From Deltaproteobacteria bacterium (GTDB lineage Bacteria > Desulfobacterota > Desulfobacteria > Desulfobacterales > B30-G6), in NCBI GenBank assembly GCA_024639645.1, contig JAHEIB010000001.1, positions 1 to 47,097 on the forward strand: DNA of 47,097 bases, written 5' to 3'. Each line of letters opens with the position of its first letter. Position 1 is the first letter of the stretch. The notes beneath the pieces were generated by a model. That model did not search any database, was not told the origin of the DNA, and saw nothing but the letters and a program-made list of their open reading frames with translations. This document shows, in pieces, positions 8,561-16,336 of this stretch. Made by a program: the position numbers and the translations under genes.

Positions 8561-8620
8561 TAAGCGATAAGCTGTAAGCATTAAGCATTAAGCCGCTTAT
8601 AGCTTACAGCTTATCGCTTA
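8561..8620. repeat. TAAGC-heptad palindrome
   Basis: taagc gataagc tgtaagc attaagc attaagc c gcttata gcttaca gcttatc gctta. The outer 19 nt arms (8561-8579 / 8602-8620) are perfectly complementary. Confidence 0.9.
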
Positions 8621-8633
8621 AAGGAGGGTTCAT

Positions 8634-9128
8634 ATGAACAGACCCCTGATCATCGGTGTCATGGGGGGCGGTCTTGCCGGTGCCAAGGAAATGGAAGATG
8701 CTTATACCCTGGGGACCCTTGTTGCCAAGCAAGCCTGGGTTCTTTTAAACGGGGGAAGAGATACCGGGGTCATGACAGCTTCGGCCAGAGGTGCCAGTGA
8801 CCAGGGAGGTTTGACCATCGGCATACTCCCGGGCAGCACCCCCAAAGAGGCTTCCGAATATATCCGCATACCTATCGTCACCGGGCTTGGCAATGCCAGA
8901 AACTGCATTAACGTTCTGTCCAGCGATGTGGTGGTCGCCTGCCCAGGCGGCATGGGAACCTTATCCGAAATAGCCCTGGCATTGAAATGTGGCAAACCGG
9001 TCATTCTCCTGAATTATGAGAAAGACAAACGATTTGAACCATTTCAACATACAGGTCACCTGTTCTATGCCAGTTCTCCCCATGAGGTCATTGCGCACGT
9101 TCAGAAATTTATTTCGAGGGATGAATAG
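8634..9128 (+). CDS. TIGR00725-type LOG-family (SLOG) protein
   Basis: IIGVMGGG... N-terminus and PGGMGTLSE (PGGxGTxxE) motif. AAGGAGGG RBS at 8621-8628. Confidence 0.75.
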   Translation: MNRPLIIGVMGGGLAGAKEMEDAYTLGTLVAKQAWVLLNGGRDTGVMTASARGASDQGGLTIGILPGSTPKEASEYIRIPIVTGLGNARNCINVLSSDVVVACPGGMGTLSEIALALKCGKPVILLNYEKDKRFEPFQHTGHLFYASSPHEVIAHVQKFISRDE

Positions 9129-9170
9129 ACTGTAAGAAGCAGTAAGCGTTAAGCAATAAGTGCTTACAGT
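9129..9170. repeat. TAAGC-heptad palindrome (short copy)
   Basis: ctgtaag aagc agtaagc gttaagc aataagt gcttacag. It exactly fills the 42 nt gap between convergent stops at 9128 and 9171. Confidence 0.75.
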
Positions 9171-11669
9171 TTATTTTGGTTTGGGCATGTCTATCTGCTT
9201 AGGATCCATTTCTTTCATGGCATACTCAAAATAGGCGCCGCTGCCCACAAGAAGATCGAAGAGATCCGGATCGATTTTATGGTTTTCTTTCATAAATCGA
9301 ATAATCTTGATTACCTCGGAAAGCTTCATGGGTTCACGATAGGGTCTGTCACGGGCAGTCAAGGCTTCGAAAATATCGACAATAGCCAGAATGCGGGTCT
9401 GTAGCGGAAGCTCTTTTTCCGCAAGCCCCAAGGGATAACCCGATCCATCCAACTTCTCATGATGCCCGCCGGCGAACGCCGGAACCTTCTCCAGTTTCAT
9501 TGGAAAAGACAGCTGCGTTAAGATCTTGAGCGTCATGGTGGCATGATTCTCAACAACCTTCCGTTCCTCGTCCGTGAGATTGCCATAGCGTATACTCAGA
9601 TTCTTGATTTCATCCTCGGTCAGGTATGGGTGTTTTATATTTTGAAAAGTGTATTCTTTTTTTCCAATATCCCGAAGATGCGAGAGTCGTTCTTCTGTCA
9701 TAGGATGATCAGCGCTGTTACAGGCTTTGATGAATTCAAGATCATGAAGTAAAATCTTTAAATCTTCAGATAGTGCTTTGTCAGCCGCCTTCAGTTTTCT
9801 CAGATCCACCTGATCTTTTTGCAGCAACTTCAGCTTCGTCTCCAGGTGTGCATTGACTATCTCAGACGCAATCAAGGCAAATCGGGTCTCGACCAAATTG
9901 ACGCGATCAAAAATTGTTTCAAGTTTACTTGCCTTGTTGACGATATTTTCAGGGGTCGTCACCTTACCCACGTCATGCATCCATGCCGCCATACGCAGTT
10001 CTTCCAGCTCTTCCTTGGTAAATTGGGTATCCCTGAATGCACCGGTCTTATCTTCATTTATTTTATCAGCCAGCATCATGCTCAGTTTAACCACGCGATT
10101 GATATGGCCTCCGGTATAAGGAGATTTTTCATCGATGGCAGTGGCAATGCTCCGGATAAAGGCATAAAAGAGATTGTTCAGGTTTTCGATCAACTGGGCA
10201 TTGGTCAGGGCTACTGCCGCCTGGGACGCCAGGGCAGCTACCAGATCAACGTACTCTTCGGAAAAAGAAATGGGTTCACCGCTTTTCCGGTGTTTGGCAT
10301 TCAACAACTGCAAAACCCCAATGATCTCATTTTCGTGATTCTTGAGGGGCATGACGAGCATTGACTTGGTGTGATAACCGGAAATTGCGTCATATTCCCG
10401 GGGTCCTGGGAAGCGTTCTCCTTCCGATCCGTAAAGATCTTTCACATTTATGGTCTCACCGGTCAGGGCAACGGCAGACGATACATTGGCATGATTGGGT
10501 TCGCCATTGATGAACAACGGCACATTGGGCAACTCCGCATCCACACCGCTCGTACCACCTATTTTGATCTGCATGGAATCATTTTGGACGATTTCAAATG
10601 TCAGATCCTGATTGTCTTTGTCCAATAAATAGAGGGTGCCGGCGTCGGCATTGGTAAGGGTCCTGGCTTCGATGACAATCCGTTCAAGAAGTTTTTTGGT
10701 ATCCTTTTCCGCAGACAGGGAAAGCCCGATCTGGGTAAGGGTTCGATACCAGTGCTCGTTTCTGATGAGTGTCTCATCCGCAAGCTTTCGCTCGGTTATA
10801 TCTTCTATAATTCCATCATAATACTTTACTTCATCATGCGCGTCTTTGACAGCTACGGCCGATACCGCCCCGATAAAACGTGTACCGTCTTTCCGCTTGA
10901 GATGCAGCTCGATGTTCTTGGCAAAACCTCTTTTGGCCAGGCCCTCACTGAATTTCAACCGCTGAGATGGATCTTCATAGAGATCGGAAACATTCAATCT
11001 TATAAACTCATCCCGCGAATCATAACCAAACATTTCCACGATAGCGGGATTGGCTTCAATAAAACGTCCCTCTGCACCCGCGGTGTTGCGGTACACACCT
11101 ACATTCAAGTTATCGGTCAGGGATTTATATTTACTTTCACTGTCTCGAAAGGCAGCTTCGATTCGATTTCGATTTTCTATTTCCAGATCCAGCTGGTTGT
11201 GCTTCCGCATAAGCTCGGCAGTTTGGTCCCGGATCTCGGCTTCCATATCATTGTATGCTTTGACCAGTTCTTCCTTGGCCTTTTTTTTCTTGTCTCTGGA
11301 CCGTTTTTTACCAATGGCGCCCTTAATGACGCTTGACAACGTTTCCAGGTCAAAAGGCTTGTCCAAAAAATCGTATACACCTTTCCGCAAAGAAGTGACG
11401 GCTGATTGTGTTGAAGCATGGCCGGTCATAACGATTACATTGGTTTCAAGCTCTTGATCCTTGATGAAGTCCATAACTTCATAGCCATCCATTCCAGGCA
11501 TCATCAGATCGAGCAACGCAATGTCAAACTTTCTTTTGGACAGCTGTTCCACGGCGTCTTCCCCGCCACTTACAGCTGAGACATGAAAGCCCTGTTTGCC
11601 GAGAAACTCCTCCAGGAGCCCCCCGAAATTGACATCATCATCCACAATCAATATTTCAGGTAATGACAA
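9171..11669 (-). CDS. Response regulator with REC-PAS-GAF-HD-GYP architecture (c-di-GMP phosphodiesterase type)
   Basis: N-terminal ILIVDDD...DLMMPGMDG receiver, coiled coil, PAS-like region, GAF-like region, then HDVGK and HHEKLDGSGYP (HD-GYP). Confidence 0.85.
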   Translation of the reverse strand: MSLPEILIVDDDVNFGGLLEEFLGKQGFHVSAVSGGEDAVEQLSKRKFDIALLDLMMPGMDGYEVMDFIKDQELETNVIVMTGHASTQSAVTSLRKGVYDFLDKPFDLETLSSVIKGAIGKKRSRDKKKKAKEELVKAYNDMEAEIRDQTAELMRKHNQLDLEIENRNRIEAAFRDSESKYKSLTDNLNVGVYRNTAGAEGRFIEANPAIVEMFGYDSRDEFIRLNVSDLYEDPSQRLKFSEGLAKRGFAKNIELHLKRKDGTRFIGAVSAVAVKDAHDEVKYYDGIIEDITERKLADETLIRNEHWYRTLTQIGLSLSAEKDTKKLLERIVIEARTLTNADAGTLYLLDKDNQDLTFEIVQNDSMQIKIGGTSGVDAELPNVPLFINGEPNHANVSSAVALTGETINVKDLYGSEGERFPGPREYDAISGYHTKSMLVMPLKNHENEIIGVLQLLNAKHRKSGEPISFSEEYVDLVAALASQAAVALTNAQLIENLNNLFYAFIRSIATAIDEKSPYTGGHINRVVKLSMMLADKINEDKTGAFRDTQFTKEELEELRMAAWMHDVGKVTTPENIVNKASKLETIFDRVNLVETRFALIASEIVNAHLETKLKLLQKDQVDLRKLKAADKALSEDLKILLHDLEFIKACNSADHPMTEERLSHLRDIGKKEYTFQNIKHPYLTEDEIKNLSIRYGNLTDEERKVVENHATMTLKILTQLSFPMKLEKVPAFAGGHHEKLDGSGYPLGLAEKELPLQTRILAIVDIFEALTARDRPYREPMKLSEVIKIIRFMKENHKIDPDLFDLLVGSGAYFEYAMKEMDPKQIDMPKPK

Positions 11670-11671
11670 TA

Positions 11672-12370
11672 TTATTTCCCCTGCTTGATTTGCGACAAAA
11701 TGGCGTCTGCCAAAAGCAGGTCGTCATTTGTCGTTATTTTAAGATTATTCCCAGTACTCAGCAAGATGTTTACTGGCAAGCCCATGCGCTCCAACAAAGC
11801 GGCATCATCCGTGGCCTCGACACCTGCTTTGGCCGCAGCCTCATGCGCATCACGAATGAGTTGGTAATGAAATGCCTGAGGCGTCTGAGCCGTCCACAGG
11901 CTCTCCCGGTTGATCGTTCTTTGTATCAGGCTATCCGAATCCACCGTTTTAAGGGTATCCTGCAATGGGACACCCAAGATACATGCACCTGATATCTTGG
12001 CCTTTTTAATACAACGGGTGATCATCTCAGGTCGTATTAAAGGGCGCACACCATCATGAATTACCACGATAGCATCCCTGTCGTCAATGGATAGAATGCC
12101 TTTGAATACAGAATCCTGCCGACGTTTACCCCCGGCCAGAACCTTGACCGGAGTATCTATACGCAAATCTGAAAGGAGTTCCTCCCGACAGTACTGGATA
12201 TCCTTTTCCGGCACCACCAGCAAAATCTTATCCACCTCCGAACATTTATTGAAGGCCAAGACCGTATGGCACAGCACCGGTCTCCCCTGCAGCAAAATAT
12301 ACTGTTTGGGTGTAGACCGATTCATCCGGACACCTTTTCCGGCACTGACAATGATGGCATGTGTCTGCAT
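11672..12370 (-). CDS. ispD: 2-C-methyl-D-erythritol 4-phosphate cytidylyltransferase
   Basis: AIIVSAGKGVRM...PKQY N-terminus, VVIHDGVRP, and size typical of IspD. Confidence 0.85.
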   Translation of the reverse strand: MQTHAIIVSAGKGVRMNRSTPKQYILLQGRPVLCHTVLAFNKCSEVDKILLVVPEKDIQYCREELLSDLRIDTPVKVLAGGKRRQDSVFKGILSIDDRDAIVVIHDGVRPLIRPEMITRCIKKAKISGACILGVPLQDTLKTVDSDSLIQRTINRESLWTAQTPQAFHYQLIRDAHEAAAKAGVEATDDAALLERMGLPVNILLSTGNNLKITTNDDLLLADAILSQIKQGK

Positions 12371-13674
12371 TATCTTAGATATTTCAATTCTCCCGGTAGC
12401 GGTACATCCTTTCCCATGGTGTCTTCTCCGTAATTGGCACCAGCAAGGATTTCAATGTCCCTCAATGCCCGAACATCACCTTCAAACAGCACGTCGGTTA
12501 TTTTTTCCTTTTGAATTTTGCCACCGGCCCACTGGATATCAAGAACACTGCTGGCGTCAAAACGATCTTCGCCAACACATAACTCCACTTCGCCACCGTA
12601 GTACTGCACGATCTTGGCAACCAGGAGACTGGGCCTCATATGAAATCCGAGGGCCATTGGAACACCTACCCGGATGGTCGACCGTTCGATATTTTCATTC
12701 AAGATTTCCTTGGCCAGATCGATACCGGTTGTCAGAAAGTGGCAGACAAAGAAAAGGCCATAGTTGATGGTTCTGTCCAGCAATTTTTCCGTGTTGACAA
12801 GATCAGACAACCTCCCCTGAACCTTCTTATAGATATCTTTATATCCGGCATCATGGAGATGTCTTTCATAAAGATGCAGCAAACGGCCAATCATCTGCAG
12901 CAGGTGAAATACAACCGAGAAAAAGCTTCGCAGCTGTTTGAGTTTTCGATTTCCAAATCGATAGCCACCATGAATCACATATGTATCAAAAGACGATTGG
13001 AGATTGTGAACCAGCATTTCAAAACGTCGAATTTCAACTTCGTTTATTTTTTCAGGAACAAGCGCCCGCATCTCATCCAGATTGTAATGTTCGTAAAACA
13101 CGAACTCATCAAATGAATGTGCAATGCGCAGCAACTCACCCGATATTTTTACGATATTTTTCTTTTGAACATCCGTGGATTCATCATCGATGTCATAGTT
13201 CAATATTTCCTGGGTCGTTATGGTTGGGAAATCTTCCTTTTTAAAGGAGGATGCAGGAAACGGAATCTGAAGCAGACGCGCTTCCTGTATGATAACCGGT
13301 GCGAGTTTGATCAGTGAATGCGTCAAAAAACGGGACGTGCTGGCACCTTCATCCTTAAATTCCTCAGTCCCTGGCAAATCATAAAAAATCATTCGGTTCT
13401 GAATGTGTAACTGTGAATATGCACCCAGACTCAAGTGACGAATGGTAGCGGTGAGTTCTCTGTAAAAATACCAGGCCTCACTGTTTTTTGCGCCATGGAA
13501 ATCGAGAAAGTCCTCTAATACTTGAGAAACGCCGATAAGCCGGGAATAGAGATTCTTGGTAAAATGAGCCGTATCCACATCACATGTCGCAATATAAAGA
13601 CAGCACTTGATATAATCGTGGGAAAATATGCGTACTTTTTCTAGAAAAGAAAGGTTATTTTCGATAGATTCCAT
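12370..13674 (-). CDS. Protein of unknown function with C-terminal HPr-like phosphocarrier domain
   Basis: The last roughly 90 aa (GVPMALGFHMRPSLLVAKIVQYYGGEVEL...) match the HPr GLHARP region. About 340 aa upstream have no family I recognise. ATG at 13674 has a GGAAG RBS; the track start at 13686 is TTG. The stop overlaps the ispD ATG (TAATG). Confidence 0.65.
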   Translation of the reverse strand: MESIENNLSFLEKVRIFSHDYIKCCLYIATCDVDTAHFTKNLYSRLIGVSQVLEDFLDFHGAKNSEAWYFYRELTATIRHLSLGAYSQLHIQNRMIFYDLPGTEEFKDEGASTSRFLTHSLIKLAPVIIQEARLLQIPFPASSFKKEDFPTITTQEILNYDIDDESTDVQKKNIVKISGELLRIAHSFDEFVFYEHYNLDEMRALVPEKINEVEIRRFEMLVHNLQSSFDTYVIHGGYRFGNRKLKQLRSFFSVVFHLLQMIGRLLHLYERHLHDAGYKDIYKKVQGRLSDLVNTEKLLDRTINYGLFFVCHFLTTGIDLAKEILNENIERSTIRVGVPMALGFHMRPSLLVAKIVQYYGGEVELCVGEDRFDASSVLDIQWAGGKIQKEKITDVLFEGDVRALRDIEILAGANYGEDTMGKDVPLPGELKYLR

Positions 13675-13687
13675 GGCATCTTCCAAG

Positions 13688-13760
13688 AGCAGTAAGCGAT
13701 AAGCAGTAAGCTTTAAGCAATAATCCGCTTACAGCTTATCGCTTAGAGCTTACTGCTTAA
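13688..13760. repeat. TAAGC-heptad palindrome
   Basis: agc agtaagc gataagc agtaagc tttaagc aataatcc gcttaca gcttatc gcttaga gcttact gcttaa. Confidence 0.9.
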
Positions 13761-13766
13761 TATTTT

Positions 13767-14152
13767 GGCCAAAGCAGCCCATAAGCCGAATTTTGTGCCC
13801 GAATCAGGTTTCCCTGATATGGGTAACGATCATTCATCTAGGATGGCAGTTGCCTGTCACCTCTTGCGACCTACCCGGAAGCTCGAACGGGCCGTTCTCA
13901 GACGCTTCCCTATTTGGTCTTGCACCGGGTGGGGTTTACCAAGCTTCCCCGGTCACCCAAGGAACTGGTGCGCTCTTACCGCACCATTTCACCCTTACCT
14001 GGCGCTCTTTCAAGCACCGGGCGGTATACTTTCTGTTGCACTTTCCTTCGCGTCACCGCGACTCCACGTTATGGAGCACCCTGCCCTGTGGTGTTCGGAC
14101 TTTCCTCCCGGTTAACAAGGTTAACCCAGCGATCGTTTGGTCTGCTTTGGCC
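13767..14152 (-). ncRNA. rnpB: RNase P RNA, bacterial type A
   Basis: The reverse strand contains GGAGGAAAGTCCG, ACAGAAAGTATACCGCC, GGGTGAAATGGTGCGGTAAGAGCGCACC, AGATGAATGATCG and ACAAAATTCGGCTTAT. P1 is formed by ggccaaagcag / ctgctttggcc at the two ends. Track ORFs 13765-14182 (+) are antisense artefacts. Confidence 0.93.
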
Positions 14153-14163
14153 AATTGTTCAGC

Positions 14164-14220
14164 ATTAAGCTTTAAGCGATAAGCTGTAAGCGGCTTACGG
14201 CTTAAGGCTTAAAGCTTATC
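14164..14220. repeat. TAAGC-heptad palindrome
   Basis: attaagc tttaagc gataagc tgtaagc g gcttacg gcttaag gcttaaa gcttatc. The last units encode the C-terminal DKL and the stop of the adjacent minus-strand CDS. Confidence 0.9.
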
Positions 14221-14916
14221 ACTATAAATTATCCGCTGACATTGCGGACAGTGCATGAGCGATTCAAATCGCTGCAGCTCATTGTACATCTGTGGCGGTA
14301 TGTTCATGTGACACCCTGCGCACACGGCATTTTCAACTTTGGCTATGGCGGGATTTCCGATGCGGCTTCGGACCGACCTGAAGGCTTTTAAAATCTCCGG
14401 GTTTACCGTCTCCAAAACGGTCTGAAAATCCGTCTGAAGCTCGGCAAGTTTTAAGCGATCTTTCTCGGTAGTCTTTTCGATGTCTGCCTTTTCCCCAGCC
14501 AATCTAACTCTGGCAGCCTCAAACACCCGCTTCTCTTCACTGAGCTGCGTCTCGGCAGCATCGCTCTGCTCTAGGATTTCCAGCATCTGATCTTCTATCC
14601 TGGAATTGACATTTTTGAGATCTTCGATCTCTTTCAGCAAGGCCTGATACTCCTTGTTGGTTTTGACGGAAGTCAGCTTTTCTTTGCTTTTGGTAATTTT
14701 AGGAAGATTCATGTTGGCATCCGATTCCAATGAACGATATTTTTTCTGGTATTCTTCGCGTATGGACATTTTTTCATTGATCGCCGACTCAAAATCCTCC
14801 AGTTCCAGATCAAGGATGGCCATTTTCCCGTCCACTTTTCCAAGCCTCTTCTCTATTTCCTGGATATCTGAATCAATGGCCTGTAGCTTGACCAGTGTCG
14901 CTATTTGCTCCCGCAT
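14209..14916 (-). CDS. Coiled-coil protein with C-terminal C4 zinc ribbon (COG1579/DUF164-like)
   Basis: Long heptad-rich region followed by CAGCH...CPQC. Its usual partner, Nif3, is immediately upstream. Confidence 0.75.
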   Translation of the reverse strand: MREQIATLVKLQAIDSDIQEIEKRLGKVDGKMAILDLELEDFESAINEKMSIREEYQKKYRSLESDANMNLPKITKSKEKLTSVKTNKEYQALLKEIEDLKNVNSRIEDQMLEILEQSDAAETQLSEEKRVFEAARVRLAGEKADIEKTTEKDRLKLAELQTDFQTVLETVNPEILKAFRSVRSRIGNPAIAKVENAVCAGCHMNIPPQMYNELQRFESLMHCPQCQRIIYSDKL

Positions 14917-14937
14917 AGCCTGCTGTCTCCTATTCCA

Positions 14938-15741
14938 TTATAAAATCACAAAAGGGTCTTTTTCATATTGATAAGATTCAACATCAAGAATCAACCCTTT
15001 GTCATGAAAGTGACGGTTCAGTTGTTCAGCAAATGTTTGGACTATCAGATGCTCTGATGCAAAATGGCCGATGTCGACAAGTGCTTTCCGAGCAAATTCA
15101 AAATTCCGTGCATCATGATATTTCAGATCACCACTGATGAATACATCTGCCCCGGCATCGAAAAAAGCACTGACCATACTGGAACCACTTCCTGAACAAA
15201 CAGCCACCGTTCTAACCTGTGTATCCAGATTCCCGGCTACTTTAACATGTTTTATATCCAGTGCCTGCTTTAAATTGTTGACCAACGAGGCCAGGGATGT
15301 TGGTTGTACCAAAGATCCTATCCTTCCAAAACCGGGCTTTCCTGCCTCCCCCTCGATGGACAATGCTCTCGTATCGCGCAAACCAATTCTGGATGCCAGT
15401 ACATCGTTTACACCATCCTGGACCCTGTCGAGATTGGTATGAGCGGCATAAATTGCCACCTGATGATCCAGAGCCTGCTGAATGATAAAACCCTCCAGCC
15501 TGCTGACATCTATGATGGAGAGGGGCTTAAATATCAGGGGATGATGGGTAATAACAAGATCGACATCTGCCTGGCAAGCCGCCGTTATCACTTCGGGTAT
15601 AGGATCAAGAGCCACCCAGATCTTTTCAACCTGCCAATCGGGGTCTCCCAACTGCATGCCGCAGTTGTCCCATTCCTCGGCAAACTCTCCAGGAACTATC
15701 TCTTCAACGGCATCCATGACCTCAGCCAGCTTACAGCCCAT
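14938..15741 (-). CDS. Nif3-like dinuclear metal centre protein (GTP cyclohydrolase 1 type 2 homologue)
   Basis: DLVITHHPLIF, AIYAAHTNLD and GHFASE motifs; about 267 aa. Confidence 0.85.
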   Translation of the reverse strand: MGCKLAEVMDAVEEIVPGEFAEEWDNCGMQLGDPDWQVEKIWVALDPIPEVITAACQADVDLVITHHPLIFKPLSIIDVSRLEGFIIQQALDHQVAIYAAHTNLDRVQDGVNDVLASRIGLRDTRALSIEGEAGKPGFGRIGSLVQPTSLASLVNNLKQALDIKHVKVAGNLDTQVRTVAVCSGSGSSMVSAFFDAGADVFISGDLKYHDARNFEFARKALVDIGHFASEHLIVQTFAEQLNRHFHDKGLILDVESYQYEKDPFVIL

Positions 15742-15792
15742 TCTGTCTCCTATATGGCACCCCTTTCCGGGAAGTTAAACCTGTTAGGGCAT

Positions 15793-15830
15793 AAAAAAAG
15801 GCGTGGTTCGGTTGAACTGCCACGCCTTTA
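15793..15830 (-). terminator. Intrinsic terminator downstream of tRNA-Met
   Basis: The reverse strand reads aaaggcgtgg-(13 nt loop)-ccacgccttt followed by ttttttat. Confidence 0.6.
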
Positions 15831-15924
15831 CATCAACTTTTCCTTTTTATAGAAAAGTCAAGCATCCAATCACCCGACCCTGACAGGTCTTTTAAAATTC
15901 ATTGCACCCACTTCCTGTTTTCTT

Positions 15925-16000
15925 TGGTGGGCCCACCTGGGATCGAACCAGGGACCTACCGGTTATGAGCCGGTGGCTCTGCCAGCTGAGCTATGGGCCC
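15925..16000 (-). tRNA. tRNA with CAT anticodon (elongator Met, or Ile2 if lysidine-modified)
   Basis: Reverse strand GGGCCCATAGCTCAGCTGGCAGAGCCACCGGCTCATAACCGGTAGGTCCCTGGTTCGATCCCAGGTGGGCCCACCA. It folds as a cloverleaf, G1-C72 is paired so it is not an initiator, and CCA is encoded. Confidence 0.9.
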
Positions 16001-16013
16001 TTAAAACGCGCGC

Positions 16014-16047
16014 AATGGAACCCCACGGGTAAACCCGTGGTCCCATT
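16014..16047. repeat. CCACGGG-TAAA-CCCGTGG hairpin, copy 1
   Basis: aatggaaccccacgggtaaacccgtggtcccatt. The core is identical to 39229-39262. Confidence 0.75.
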
Positions 16048-16336
16048 TAAATACCCGTCTTCGCCTTCGGCTACGCCGCGGTTATCCGCCTTTTCCATGG
16101 GGTGACATCGTGCCGTGGCAATTAACTTATTTTTAAGCGTTCATCCACGGGCATGCCCGCGGCATGCTGCGAAGGCGGATAAAACCATTGAACAGTTTTT
16201 TACAACGAGACATTGTCGCTTCTATGCTGAAAGCTTAACCTGCCCTTTTATCACGACATGATAAAAATCATTCCATAGAGGCTTCAAGGGATAAAGTAAG
16301 ACCGTTAGTATCCGTCAAGATGGTTTTTGTCAAGAA

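Noticed and set aside
8561-8620. TAAGC repeat arrays as a CRISPR array or tandem-repeat VNTR.
   Set aside because: The period is 7 nt with no spacers, and each array is immediately followed by its own reverse complement. These are palindromic hairpin elements, not CRISPR.
9543-11457. Multiple plus-strand ORFs (9819-10364, 10752-11336, 11050-11457 and others).
   Set aside because: All are antisense to and nested in the 832 aa REC-PAS-GAF-HD-GYP gene, which has clear domain motifs throughout.
13765-14182. Three plus-strand ORFs (13765-14115, 13793-14182, 13914-14168).
   Set aside because: They are antisense to the clearly identifiable RNase P RNA gene.
15902-16105. Plus-strand ORF of 67 aa.
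   Set aside because: It overlaps tRNA-Met (15925-16000) and the hairpin repeat, so it is not coding.
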